Shown: one piece after another, positions 1 through 9,968 of the stretch | Position numbering within the stretch: the stretch's first letter is position 1 | Layout: the number at the start of each line of letters is the position of its first letter | Origin: a virus | Lineage: Duplodnaviria > Caudoviricetes | Direction: 5' to 3' (one strand) | Virus record (IMG/VR): IMGVR_UViG_3300034341_000032 | Location: 1-33,789 of that record | Length of the DNA stretch: 33,789 nucleotides | The notes under the pieces: generated by a model | The model's input: only the letters and a program-made list of their open reading frames with translations | The model's database searches: none | What the model was told of the DNA's origin: nothing | Made by a program: the position numbers and the translations under genes

Positions 1-356
1 CATTTCAGCCTGATGTATTGCCTTTAGAATACAAAATAGATGATGACTTGTCAGAAGAAGGATTTGTTACAAGAAGCTCATCACTGCAAACATTCCAATA
101 CATTGCTCATTACGTTGATGATGATGGTCAACTTAGAATGATCCCAGACAAAAACGGTAGTCCAATATTTATAGGCACAGAGTTGGCTTATGAAGACATT
201 GCCAACATAAGAAAAGCGCAATCACAAGATGAAATGTACGATGCTAATAAAAAGACATTAAGAAAAATAGAAATAGACAGAAAAACTAAAGCTCGTATTG
301 AAAGAAATATTAAAGCTTTAAGTAATATACCGTCACCATTTAAGGGTGATGATTAA
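1..356 (+). CDS. C-terminal fragment of an internal virion protein, probably the gene starting at 31844
   Basis: Frame is open from base 3 to TAA at 354-356, and the stop overlaps the next ATG (TAATG). No upstream start context in the window. Gene order matches the gene running off the window end. Confidence 0.6.
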   Translation, partial: FQPDVLPLEYKIDDDLSEEGFVTRSSSLQTFQYIAHYVDDDGQLRMIPDKNGSPIFIGTELAYEDIANIRKAQSQDEMYDANKKTLRKIEIDRKTKARIERNIKALSNIPSPFKGDD

Positions 357-3300
357 TGGGAATTAACCCTTGGGAATCAACGCAAGCAACTTTTGTTGAA
401 TCTGATGTGTCTAAAAGGCGGTCGTTGCAGCGCGTAGAGCAGCCTGAGTTTTTTGCTGACACTGTGCCAGCGGCTCTTGGTTATCAATACCTACCTATGT
501 TTGAGGCTGTTAGAAATGCAGTTAAACACGGAACAGAAGTTCAACAGGGTTACAATGCTCTTGATGACGTAGATGGATATGAAGAGTACAAACACCATTT
601 AATGAATGCTGTTAGCGAAGATCATATGCGTGATCTTAAAATGCAGCTTGATGAAAACAAAAAACGCAGACAGGTTTTAGCTGACTCATCATTCTGGGCT
701 AACTTGGGTGCTGGTATCTTTGATCCAATTAACTTAGTTGCTTTGCCTTTTGGTGGCGCAGCCGCTACTGTTGGTCGGCAGTTTTTGCGTACTGGTGCTG
801 GCGTAGGTGTTACACAGGCTGGCTTAGAGGTGGCTCGTGCGCCGTTTGATCCACTATCTACACCATCAGAAATAGCCACAAACATAGGTTCCGCTTTTGT
901 TATTGGCGGTGCTATTGGAAGTCTTGTGTCTATACCAGCTAGACGCAGAGGCGCAGCAATAAAGAAAACTGAAACTCAAGTAACCGAGTTTGCAAATGAA
1001 GTAGGTGGCATTACACCTGACCAAATTAGAAACATTAACAATCCAGACTACAGAACTTTTAAAGATAAAAAACAAAGTGAATTAAATAATTTTGAAAAAA
1101 TATTCCCAAAAGAACGTGATCTATTAGAATCTAAATTACAAAAAGCTAAAGAAAAAGCAAATGCGCTTTTTAAGAAAGCAAGTGATCTGCGTGAGCAAGT
1201 CAAAAAGAATCCAGCATTAAAAGCTAAAAACAGTGTTTTATATAAAAAAGCAAAAGAACAATATGATGCGGCTAATGTTCAAGTAAAAATGCTTGAGACA
1301 GCAACTGCACAGAAAAAAGTTGATGTTGAAAAAGTAAAAGAAGAACAGCTATTTCGTAGGGTTGAAGAAGTAAAAGACATTGGCGGCGATGTTTCAAAGC
1401 CGTTTGATTTTGCAGATAACTTCTTTACAGATTCTTGGGCTTTTAAAGGTGTTACCACAGGCTTTAAAAGAGTTTTGCAAGACAAAGAAATACCACAAAG
1501 CGTTAAAAGCACTATGGTAAGATTAGCTGGTGATGCTGGTATGCTGTTTAAAATGAATCAAATGGGTTTTGCTACACCAAAATCTGTTTATCAATACGCT
1601 CAAACAAGAAACGGTGAGTGGCTACAAGTATACACTAAGATGCTAACACAGTTTGGTGAGCATAGTGGCAAAGGTGTTACTCAAGTTGGTGATGTAAATC
1701 TTTCAAACATTGATGGCTCATTCTCTGCATATCTAAAAGAAGTTAATCGCAAATACATAAATGGCGAAGAAGCTTCCACAACAGCAGAGAAAGAATCAAT
1801 ACAAGCGTTACATAAATTTTATAAGACTTGGGAAGACAGGCTTGTAGAGCAAGGCATTATTGGCAGCATAAAATCTATTGAAGCCAAGATGGACAACATT
1901 AGGTTTAAAATACAACGAAAAGAAAAAACATTACTTGATGCTCAAATTAAAATAATTGAAAAAGCATTTAGCTCAGAAGAAGCAAGGCGATGGACTAGCA
2001 AACTTAGAAGAAAAAAAATTAATCAAGGTGATGTTGTGAGACTGGTTAAATCACCACTAACTGGTGAGTTGCCAAAGGGTGTTCCTGATTATCTTATTGA
2101 CGTTATAAATGATTCTAATACTAGATTAAGTGCGCTTGAAGATCAGTTGTATGAACTTGAGTTTAGTATGCTTGTGGCTAAAGAAGAAAGAACACTGCCG
2201 CAAAACGAAGAGTTAATGTTTCCTCGCTATTGGAATAGAGATCAAATACGCGAAAAGAGACAAGAATTTGCTGCAATATTAAAAGAGCATTACAAAGAAA
2301 ACCCTTACATCTATGAACGCAATGAAGCTGCCTTTGCAGAACGGCGAATTAGAAACATATCTGAATTAACTGACGCAGAAATACAAGCGCAGTTTGGTGA
2401 AGAATTTAATATGGTTCGTATTACGTCTAACTTTAGGCGCGTGCAAGATGGCCCTATTGGTCAGCAAGGCGGCGGTTCGCTTGGTATGTTTGTGCGTTAT
2501 GCTGATGATGGAAGACAGGAAGTGTATTTAGATAGCACTGGAATTTATCAATATTACAACGAGATAGCAGAAGCTATGAAAAATCCATCTAAAGCTTTTA
2601 AAGACTTAGATGCTACACGCTCAAAAACTTCAGAAGATTATGCCCACAGAAAATTTGTAATGCGTAACTGGAGCTTTTTTCAAACCTTTAATGATTTTCA
2701 AGATTTTGTTTTGTTTCACGAGTTGCATCACAACAAATTTAATCGGCGATCAATGGGTGTTAAGACACAAGCAGATCAGCTTAGAATGGAAAATGCTACA
2801 GACAGGGCTGCTCTTGCATTTCTTAAAGAAAAATTACCAGAGATACGAGAAGGTCAGCCGGTGTACTTTAAGCGCAGGCTTGATGTTGAAGACGAGCGTA
2901 TGCTCAACAAACGCGTTGAAGACACGATAGATAATATACTGGGATTGGCTGATACTGCTAATGACATGAATGCTTATTATGGTGCTGGCAAATCTAAGCA
3001 TATGCGTCATAGATCATTAGACATTCCAAATGCAAAAGTTTTTGATTTTATTCAGAATGATCCACTTGCTGTAATGAGAGCGTACACAACTCGCGTTGCG
3101 CCACAGTATGAGTTTTCTAAAATGTTTGGTGGCAAATCAGTAGATGAGGTCTTAGATGACATTGACACTGATATGGCTGGCAAGCCTATAGAAAAAATAA
3201 ATGCAGCTAGAAAAGACTTTTTGCATTTATATGACCGCGTTGTAGGCACAGTATTGCGTGAGCCGCATTCATGGGATCAACGTACAGCTACTGTGCTAAG

Positions 3301-4564
3301 AGATTTTGCACAACTTAACTACCTTGGCTCTGCTGGTTTTTCTACATTGCCTGACTTTGCAAAAATTATGATGGAACATGAACTTAAAGATGTGTTTAAG
3401 ACTTTGTTCGCAACAATTTCTGATTCTCGTATACGCATGTCAGCTATGGAAGGTAAGTATGCTGGTGAAATAGCAGAGATTATATCAGGCGATGCTCATA
3501 TGCGTCTTGTAGATGACGTAAGTAACAATCCTTTTAATGAAGGAACGTATGATAAATACATGAGCAAGCTTAAGTGGGGTTTTTATCAAGCCAACTTGCT
3601 TGCGCCTATGACTAACATTATGAAAAAAATGGATGCAATTGTTCGCGGTCATTCATTAATACAAATGTCTATGCGTCTTGCTGGAAGCGGTAAGAAAGCA
3701 ACTAAGTTTGAGGTTGAGTATCTTGCTCGATATGGAATCGACAAAGCAAAGGCCAAACGCATTCGTGAGCTTGTTGATAGTAAAGTTATTGACCAAACTG
3801 AAGGTGGGCTATACTTACCAAGCACAGAAAAATGGCCTGTAGAATATGATGATCTAAAACTAGAATTTCGCAGTTCGCTTAACAGTGGCATTATGAATAC
3901 TATTCTTATGGGTACACCAGCAGATAAACCAAACATCGTTGATGGTGTAGTTTATGTGCCTTATCGCATAGCCAGACAGTTTGGCGGCAAGGAAGACCCT
4001 AAGTATCGCGGCTATACACGCATAGAAAATGGATTGCTTGGCTTACCGTTTCAGTTCTACTCATATACATTGGCAGCGGTAAACAAAATTACAGCTTCAT
4101 ACGCTACAGGTCAGGCAAGAAACAGAGCAGTAGCATTGGCTGCATCTATGGGTTTGGCATATATGGGCTTAGAGCTAAAGAACCCTGATTTTGTTATGGA
4201 TGAAATGGCAATAGAAGATAAAATTGCACGTTCTTTTGATATGTCTGGTATGGCTGCTTTGTATTCAGATGGTCTTTACACAGCAATGCATACATCAATG
4301 GCATTGGGTGGGCCTGACATATCTATGGGTTTAATTCAGCCAAAATTTCCACAGAAAGAAAACATTGCCGATGCAGCAGTTGGCGTATTAGGCGCAGGCC
4401 CAAGTATAGGATTAGATATTACAAGGGGCGTTGGTGAGTTTGTAAGTGGTAATTATGGTGAAGGCGCGAAACAAACTATGCGTTCCATGCCGTTAGCTAG
4501 ATTATGGCTATGGAAAGATTTTATGAATGAAGCTAGTAATGCATTTACTGCAAAGCGTTATTAA
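356..4564 (+). CDS. Large internal virion (ejection) protein, T7 gp16 position, with an internal HExxH domain
   Basis: 1402 aa, lying after the tail-tube and internal proteins and before the fibres. DPINLVALPFGG motif with Gly/Ala-rich hydrophobic stretches, C-terminal QFYSY motif, and FHELHH at ~2714-2731. Confidence 0.75.
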   Translation: MGINPWESTQATFVESDVSKRRSLQRVEQPEFFADTVPAALGYQYLPMFEAVRNAVKHGTEVQQGYNALDDVDGYEEYKHHLMNAVSEDHMRDLKMQLDENKKRRQVLADSSFWANLGAGIFDPINLVALPFGGAAATVGRQFLRTGAGVGVTQAGLEVARAPFDPLSTPSEIATNIGSAFVIGGAIGSLVSIPARRRGAAIKKTETQVTEFANEVGGITPDQIRNINNPDYRTFKDKKQSELNNFEKIFPKERDLLESKLQKAKEKANALFKKASDLREQVKKNPALKAKNSVLYKKAKEQYDAANVQVKMLETATAQKKVDVEKVKEEQLFRRVEEVKDIGGDVSKPFDFADNFFTDSWAFKGVTTGFKRVLQDKEIPQSVKSTMVRLAGDAGMLFKMNQMGFATPKSVYQYAQTRNGEWLQVYTKMLTQFGEHSGKGVTQVGDVNLSNIDGSFSAYLKEVNRKYINGEEASTTAEKESIQALHKFYKTWEDRLVEQGIIGSIKSIEAKMDNIRFKIQRKEKTLLDAQIKIIEKAFSSEEARRWTSKLRRKKINQGDVVRLVKSPLTGELPKGVPDYLIDVINDSNTRLSALEDQLYELEFSMLVAKEERTLPQNEELMFPRYWNRDQIREKRQEFAAILKEHYKENPYIYERNEAAFAERRIRNISELTDAEIQAQFGEEFNMVRITSNFRRVQDGPIGQQGGGSLGMFVRYADDGRQEVYLDSTGIYQYYNEIAEAMKNPSKAFKDLDATRSKTSEDYAHRKFVMRNWSFFQTFNDFQDFVLFHELHHNKFNRRSMGVKTQADQLRMENATDRAALAFLKEKLPEIREGQPVYFKRRLDVEDERMLNKRVEDTIDNILGLADTANDMNAYYGAGKSKHMRHRSLDIPNAKVFDFIQNDPLAVMRAYTTRVAPQYEFSKMFGGKSVDEVLDDIDTDMAGKPIEKINAARKDFLHLYDRVVGTVLREPHSWDQRTATVLRDFAQLNYLGSAGFSTLPDFAKIMMEHELKDVFKTLFATISDSRIRMSAMEGKYAGEIAEIISGDAHMRLVDDVSNNPFNEGTYDKYMSKLKWGFYQANLLAPMTNIMKKMDAIVRGHSLIQMSMRLAGSGKKATKFEVEYLARYGIDKAKAKRIRELVDSKVIDQTEGGLYLPSTEKWPVEYDDLKLEFRSSLNSGIMNTILMGTPADKPNIVDGVVYVPYRIARQFGGKEDPKYRGYTRIENGLLGLPFQFYSYTLAAVNKITASYATGQARNRAVALAASMGLAYMGLELKNPDFVMDEMAIEDKIARSFDMSGMAALYSDGLYTAMHTSMALGGPDISMGLIQPKFPQKENIADAAVGVLGAGPSIGLDITRGVGEFVSGNYGEGAKQTMRSMPLARLWLWKDFMNEASNAFTAKRY

Positions 4565-4600
4565 TTGTGCGTTGAGCATTTTGTTAAATAGGAGTAGGGT
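4565..4600 (+). promoter_or_regulatory. Putative late promoter (TTGTGCGTTG motif)
   Basis: TTGTGCGTTG at 4565-4574 with TTGAGC-17bp-TAGGGT. The motif recurs upstream of other late units at 19852, 23976 and 27257. Confidence 0.6.
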
Positions 4601-4606
4601 TTTGGC

Positions 4607-5851
4607 ATGACAATTAACATAGCTGATAACACACCACGAGTGTCATACACGGTAGGGCAAGGAGTTACACAAACTTCTTTTGCAGTTTCGTTTGAGTTTT
4701 TTGCTAGTGCTGATCTAAACGTATACGTTGATGGAACTAAAAAAAGCATTAGTAGTCATTACACTGTAAGTGGAGGTAACGGTTCTACTGGTGCAGTTGC
4801 TATATCGGTAACTGGAATATCTGGCGGCAGCACAGTTGTTATAACTAGAAGCATTGCTCTTGAAAGAACTACTGACTTTCCACCATCTGGTGCGTTTCAA
4901 ATAAATTCTTTAAATACAGAGCTTGATAGGATTACAGCAATTCAAGCTGACCTTGATGATGAAACACAAAGATCGCTTAGACTTTCAGATGAAGATGCTG
5001 CTGTAACAATGACCTTGCCGCTAAAAGCAGCAAGAGTTGGTACTGTTCTTGGCTTTAATGCATCAACAGGTGCGCCAGAAGCAGGGCCAACAATAGCAAG
5101 TGTTGGCACACTATCTGCAAATTCAGCTAACATTAATACTGTAGCTGGTATTTCAGCCAATGTAACAACGGTAGCTGGAATTTCTGCTAATACAACAACA
5201 GTAGCTGGCATATCAGGAAACGTAACTACAGTAGCAGGTATTTCAAGTGCCGTTACTACAGTAGCAAATAACGCTAGCGCAGTTAGTGGGGCTAGTGCTA
5301 ACGCAACTTTAGCTGCAAATTACGCAACAAAAATAGATGGTGCTGTACCTGCTACATCAGATTTTTCTGCAAAAGCACAGGCTGTTGGTGGCACCGGCGT
5401 TACTAGCGTTACTGGTTCAGCTAGAGAATGGGCATTAGGTGGCGGGAGCAGCCCTAATGCAACAGTTCATGTTGATACTAGTGATGAGTATTCAGCTAAA
5501 GGTTATGCTGTTGGTGCATTAGATCGTGGTCAATCTACTGGCAAACATTCAGCAAAAGATTGGGCAACCTATACCAGCGGTACGGTAGATGGTTCTGGTT
5601 ATTCGGCTAAATATTGGGCTGAACAAGCAGCAGCATCAGCAGATTCTTTTGACGATAGATACCTTGGCCCAAAATCTAGCGATCCAACTGTAGATAATGA
5701 TGGTGATGCTTTAAATGCTGGTGATTTATATTATTCTACAAGCTCGTCAATTATGAAAGTCTACAATGGCACTGCTTGGGAAGCAGTGGCAACAAGCACA
5801 ACTGGACTTGCATCAAATGGCTTTAGCATTGCAATGTCAATTGCCCTCTGA
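4607..5851 (+). CDS. Tail fibre/adaptor with T7 gp17-like N-terminal anchor
   Basis: N-terminus YTVGQGVTQTSFAVSFEFF..DLNVYVDG..LNTELDR is typical of the podovirus fibre anchor; contains 10-aa repeats. Confidence 0.8.
   Translation: MTINIADNTPRVSYTVGQGVTQTSFAVSFEFFASADLNVYVDGTKKSISSHYTVSGGNGSTGAVAISVTGISGGSTVVITRSIALERTTDFPPSGAFQINSLNTELDRITAIQADLDDETQRSLRLSDEDAAVTMTLPLKAARVGTVLGFNASTGAPEAGPTIASVGTLSANSANINTVAGISANVTTVAGISANTTTVAGISGNVTTVAGISSAVTTVANNASAVSGASANATLAANYATKIDGAVPATSDFSAKAQAVGGTGVTSVTGSAREWALGGGSSPNATVHVDTSDEYSAKGYAVGALDRGQSTGKHSAKDWATYTSGTVDGSGYSAKYWAEQAAASADSFDDRYLGPKSSDPTVDNDGDALNAGDLYYSTSSSIMKVYNGTAWEAVATSTTGLASNGFSIAMSIAL
5128..5265 (+). repeat. ~4.5 degenerate 30-bp tandem repeats encoding (N)VTTVAGISA units
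   Basis: NINTVAGISA NVTTVAGISA NTTTVAGISG NVTTVAGISS AVTTVA; DNA GTAGC(T/A)GG recurs at 30-bp period. Confidence 0.85.
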
Positions 5852-5863
5852 TCGGAGATTTAA

Positions 5864-6538
5864 ATGGCACAAAATTTTAGAAGATACAGAGTAACAGGGG
5901 TCGGAACAACTGCTGCTGATATTCCAGACGGTTCAGACTTTGACAGTTACGATACGCTAGTCGGCATACACATGGCTAACACAAGCGCAAATGCAATAAC
6001 GGCATCTGCTTTTATGACTAGCGATACTTCGGCTGGTGACAACATTGGGGCTGATTATGAATTTGCAGTTACGGTGGCTGGTGGTGCTTTTGTTTTAGAT
6101 ACAGTAAGCAAGCCAGCGATTACTATATACAAAGGATTTACATATACTTTTGATGTTAGTAACGCTAGTAACGCCACCCATGTTTTGCGGTTTGCAACTC
6201 AAGCTGATGGAGCAAATTCAAGCGGATACACAACTGGTGTAACAGCAACAGGAACTGCGGGTCAAGCTGGTGCAAAGGTTGTAATTGTAACGACAAGCGC
6301 AACCCCAACAACTTTGTATTATTATTGTACGGCTCACACTGGAATGGGTAACACAGCTACCGTTTCTGATGTTCATTATCTTATTAAAGACGCAAGCATT
6401 CCTTCTGGATCGGCTCTCCAAATTTTGGATGGTGGTGCAAAGATTGTGGTGCAATCTGGTGACAGGTTGTTTGTTCAGTCAAGCGTAGCTGGCTCACTTG
6501 ATTGTTGGGTTAGTGCGGTCGATGCAATTAGCAGTTAG
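5864..6538 (+). CDS. Tail-associated protein with cupredoxin/plastocyanin-like domain
   Basis: GGAG RBS. GFTYTFDVS..NATHVLRF..LYYYCTAHTGMG gives an H...CxxHxxM ligand pattern. Confidence 0.6.
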   Translation: MAQNFRRYRVTGVGTTAADIPDGSDFDSYDTLVGIHMANTSANAITASAFMTSDTSAGDNIGADYEFAVTVAGGAFVLDTVSKPAITIYKGFTYTFDVSNASNATHVLRFATQADGANSSGYTTGVTATGTAGQAGAKVVIVTTSATPTTLYYYCTAHTGMGNTATVSDVHYLIKDASIPSGSALQILDGGAKIVVQSGDRLFVQSSVAGSLDCWVSAVDAISS

Positions 6539-6545
6539 GTGACAC

Positions 6546-7388
6546 ATGGGATATGTAGGTAATCCACAAGCAACGGCATTTAGCAGCAAACCAGCTAAAC
6601 AAGATTTAACTGGTGCGTCTGGCACTAGCTTGACGCTCTCTCATGCTGTTGCAAATTCGGAAAGCATTTCATTATTTATTAATAATGTTCGGCAAGAGCC
6701 TACAACTGCATACTCAGTGTCAGGCACAGCGGTAACACTTACTGGTTCTGTAATAGCGTCCGATGACATATATGTAATTTACAACTCATTGGCTTTGCAA
6801 GAAATCGTGCCGCCTGATGGGTCTGTTAGCACAGCCAAGATAGCCGATGGTTCTGTAACTGCCGCCAAGTTAGCGGCTGGCGCAGCGTTTGCTGCTGGTA
6901 TGGTTATGCCTACTGCAAGCGCAAGTGCGCCTTCTGGTTGGTTAATGGCTTACGGTCAGGCGGTCAGTAGATCAACCTATGCTGATTTGTTTACTGCAAT
7001 TGGAACTACTTATGGCGTAGGTGACGGTTCATCTACATTTAACCTTCCTGACCTTCGTGGGCGAGTTATTGCTGGTCAAGATGATATGGGTGGTACATCT
7101 GCTAATCGTCTTACAGATCAATCAGGTGGATTGAACGGAGATACTCTTGGTGACACTGGTGGTACGGAAACGCATCAACTTACTGTCGCTGAGATGGCAG
7201 CACACAGACACGGTTTGGGGGTGCAAGACACTTCTGGTCAAAATGATTACCTCGCTGGTTCAAACAATAATTATGGATTTCAAGTCACTTCAAACTCAAC
7301 TTATGCCTCAACAACCTCTGTGGGTAGCGATACAGCACACAACAACGTGCAACCTACGATTATTCTCAACTACATCATCAAGACATAG
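6546..7388 (+). CDS. Tail fibre protein with tail-collar domain
   Basis: APSGWLMAYGQAVSRSTYADLFTAIGTTYGVGDGSSTFNLPDLRGRV and HNNVQPTIILNYIIK are phage tail collar signatures. Confidence 0.85.
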   Translation: MGYVGNPQATAFSSKPAKQDLTGASGTSLTLSHAVANSESISLFINNVRQEPTTAYSVSGTAVTLTGSVIASDDIYVIYNSLALQEIVPPDGSVSTAKIADGSVTAAKLAAGAAFAAGMVMPTASASAPSGWLMAYGQAVSRSTYADLFTAIGTTYGVGDGSSTFNLPDLRGRVIAGQDDMGGTSANRLTDQSGGLNGDTLGDTGGTETHQLTVAEMAAHRHGLGVQDTSGQNDYLAGSNNNYGFQVTSNSTYASTTSVGSDTAHNNVQPTIILNYIIKT

Positions 7389-7397
7389 GAAACAGAC

Positions 7398-8423
7398 ATG
7401 GCTTTATCTAAAATATTACCAGCCAGTCAATCGCAGTTTGCTGGTGCGAGGAATCTGATTATCAACGGTGCGATGCAGGTTGACCAACGGAACAGCGGTT
7501 CCTCTGTCTCTGCGCCTACCAATACATACACACTTGACCGTTTAAACACGTATCAAAGTGGTGCTGGTGCGTACAGCGTACAGCAACAGACTTCCGTAAC
7601 TCCTGTAGGATTTGGTTTTGCTGCAAAAATTAACGTAGACACCGTAGATTCTTCCATAGCGGCTGGTGACTACTACATGCTCACCTATAATTTTGAAGGT
7701 CACGACACAGCGCAACTGGAATTTGGTACTTCAAGTGCAAAAACAGTTACGCTGTCCTTTTATGTTCGTTCTAGTCTAACAGGAACATTTAGTGGTGCAA
7801 TCAATAATAACGCTTCTAACAGAGCATATACATTTGAGTACACTATTGATTCTGCAAACACTTGGGAACGCAAGACAATCACAGTTGCGGGAGACCAGTC
7901 TGGAACTTGGGTAGGAGCAGTCAACACAAAGTCAATAAAAATTAGGTGGGCTTTTGCAATGGGTTCCACTTATGCCAACACGGCTGGCTCTTGGGCAGCG
8001 GGTGATTACTACGGTACATCTAATCAAGTTAATCTTATGGCTACCTTAAATAATACATTCTACATCACAGGCGTACAGTTTGAAGTCGGAGATGTAGCCA
8101 CGCCGTTTGAGCATGAGGACATAGGAACTACGGTACGCAAGTGTCAGCGGTACTTTTTTAAATGGGATGAAACTGTTTCTGGCGATGGGGCATTATGGGG
8201 TGCGCAGGTAGTTGCTTTGGGTACTAACTATGTAAGAACTCCTGTTTTCTTCCCTGTCAGAATGAGAACAACCCCATCAGCATCAGGTGTTACATATAAT
8301 AGCTCATCAGGGACAGTTAGCGTACAATTATTAACTCCGAACGGAGCAACGCTTTTTGCTAACGCAACGCTGGGAGGTAGCGGATACTTCAATGGAAATT
8401 GGGCGATGAGTGCGGAGCTTTAA
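7398..8423 (+). CDS. Tail fibre / receptor-binding protein
   Basis: RNLIINGAMQVDQR...ITGVQFEVGDVATPFEHE...CQRYF pattern, common in marine phage fibre genes. Confidence 0.7.
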   Translation: MALSKILPASQSQFAGARNLIINGAMQVDQRNSGSSVSAPTNTYTLDRLNTYQSGAGAYSVQQQTSVTPVGFGFAAKINVDTVDSSIAAGDYYMLTYNFEGHDTAQLEFGTSSAKTVTLSFYVRSSLTGTFSGAINNNASNRAYTFEYTIDSANTWERKTITVAGDQSGTWVGAVNTKSIKIRWAFAMGSTYANTAGSWAAGDYYGTSNQVNLMATLNNTFYITGVQFEVGDVATPFEHEDIGTTVRKCQRYFFKWDETVSGDGALWGAQVVALGTNYVRTPVFFPVRMRTTPSASGVTYNSSSGTVSVQLLTPNGATLFANATLGGSGYFNGNWAMSAEL

Positions 8424-8424
8424 T

Positions 8425-8610
8425 ATGGAAAAGATGAATATAACATCGGCGCAATACCAAGACCCTGAGGGGAATGGCAGACACTACATTATTAAAGCCA
8501 CCATCAACGGCACTGAAATGTTTGTACCCCTTGACCCAGATAACACAGAATACGCAGAAATATTACGCCAAGTAGCGGCTGGCGAACTAACAATAGAGGA
8601 GGCTGACTAA
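8425..8610 (+). CDS. Small fibre-associated protein (possible chaperone)
   Basis: GGAG at 8414-8417, ATG 8425; VPLDPDNTEYAEIL..GELTIEEAD; directly follows the fibre gene. Confidence 0.6.
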   Translation: MEKMNITSAQYQDPEGNGRHYIIKATINGTEMFVPLDPDNTEYAEILRQVAAGELTIEEAD

Positions 8611-9458
8611 TGCCTTATATTGGAACGCAGCCAACGACAGGTGTATTTACTGAATTAGATGCGCTTACTGCATCAGCCACGGCTGACTATGCTCTCACTT
8701 TAAATGGCGCAGCATACAACCCAGCAACAGTTAACAACCTTCTGGTTAGCATCAATGGTGTTATCCAAGCTGGCTCTACGATGAGCTTATCAGGTAGCAC
8801 ACTGACGGTGGGTGCTACTCTGTCATCCTCTGATGTTATAGATTTTGTTAGGGTGTTTGGTTCTGTCGGCACTGTGTCTACACCTACTGATGGCTCAGTT
8901 ACTACAGCCAAGCTAGGTAACAATGCTGTTACGGATGCTAAGTTAGCTACCAGCTTAGACTTATCTGGCAAAACATTGACAATGCCAGCGGGTTCTATTG
9001 TACAAACACAGACGCTTGTTTATGAATCAAAAAACGCTCAAACTCAGGTATCTACAAACAGTACAACTAGCGCACAGATGGGTGCTGGAACTGCTCATGG
9101 AGTAGTAGAATTAGCAATAACACCTAAATTCTCAAATAGTAAAATACTCATTACATTGAACTCAAGTATGGGGTTTGTAAATAATGCGTCAGAACTTGTT
9201 TGGGAGTTGTATAGAAACTCAACTGGAATACTTGTAAGTTCAGAAGCTCTTGGAACGCCTAATTACTTCGGATGGATGTATTCTTATGCGTCAGGTGGCG
9301 CACAATATCGGACACTGTATGCAAGTCATGTAGATACCCCAAATACAACTTCTACGATAACCTACAAACCTTATCATTTAAGAAAAAGTGGCTCTGAATG
9401 TTACTCGCTTCACTGGGGGTCGCAAATGGTTATGACGCTTACAGAAATAAAGGTATAG
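8610..9458 (+). CDS. Tail fibre-like protein
   Basis: MPYIG N-terminus and DGSVTTAKL repeat are paralogous to the 6546 gene; ITPKFSNSKILI...MTLTEIK C-terminal domain. Confidence 0.65.
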   Translation: MPYIGTQPTTGVFTELDALTASATADYALTLNGAAYNPATVNNLLVSINGVIQAGSTMSLSGSTLTVGATLSSSDVIDFVRVFGSVGTVSTPTDGSVTTAKLGNNAVTDAKLATSLDLSGKTLTMPAGSIVQTQTLVYESKNAQTQVSTNSTTSAQMGAGTAHGVVELAITPKFSNSKILITLNSSMGFVNNASELVWELYRNSTGILVSSEALGTPNYFGWMYSYASGGAQYRTLYASHVDTPNTTSTITYKPYHLRKSGSECYSLHWGSQMVMTLTEIKV

Positions 9459-9467
9459 GAGACAGAT

Positions 9468-9965
9468 ATGGCATTAACAAAACTAAACAATCAGTCTCTT
9501 AGCGCAGTTACGGCAACGGGTATTCCTATTCGTAGCGGTAGTGTGTTGCAAGTTGTAAACAATACTAATGGAGTTAATCAAACAATAACTGGCTCAACTT
9601 CGACTGAATTTACAAACATTGCAACAACAATAACACCAACAGTAACAGGGTCTAAAATCTACGTTATTGTAAATCTTTCGTTAGGAAGCAATTACGGTGG
9701 TTCTGATTGGTATGTCACAAGATTGTACCGAGATTCTACTTCAAATCAAATAGGGAATAGGCAAGACATTTATTTTAATGAACGATATGAAATGATTGGC
9801 CCTAAACTTATGCATAACATTTTTGACCCACTCGCAACAACGGCTGGAACTTCTCGTACTTATAAAATTTATGGCTCTGGATCAGTTTCGGGTGCAAATC
9901 TACAGGTCAATTGGTCTAACAATAATACAGAATCATCAATGACTTTGATGGAAATCGCTGGGTAA
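9468..9965 (+). CDS. Fibre-associated beta-domain protein
   Basis: AGGAG RBS. MALTKL..GSVLQVV..ITPT..SKIYV..SSMTLMEIAG, similar to the C-terminal domain of the preceding gene. Confidence 0.6.
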   Translation: MALTKLNNQSLSAVTATGIPIRSGSVLQVVNNTNGVNQTITGSTSTEFTNIATTITPTVTGSKIYVIVNLSLGSNYGGSDWYVTRLYRDSTSNQIGNRQDIYFNERYEMIGPKLMHNIFDPLATTAGTSRTYKIYGSGSVSGANLQVNWSNNNTESSMTLMEIAG

Positions 9966-9968
9966 TAA

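Noticed and set aside
356-4564. Virion-packaged RNA polymerase that could read the template-strand hairpins
   Set aside because: No DxDxD or T7-type polymerase motifs were recognised here or in the visible part of the 31844 gene, although part of that gene is missing.
4607-9965. Diversity-generating retroelement in the fibre genes
   Set aside because: No reverse transcriptase, and no TR/VR pair differing at adenines was seen.
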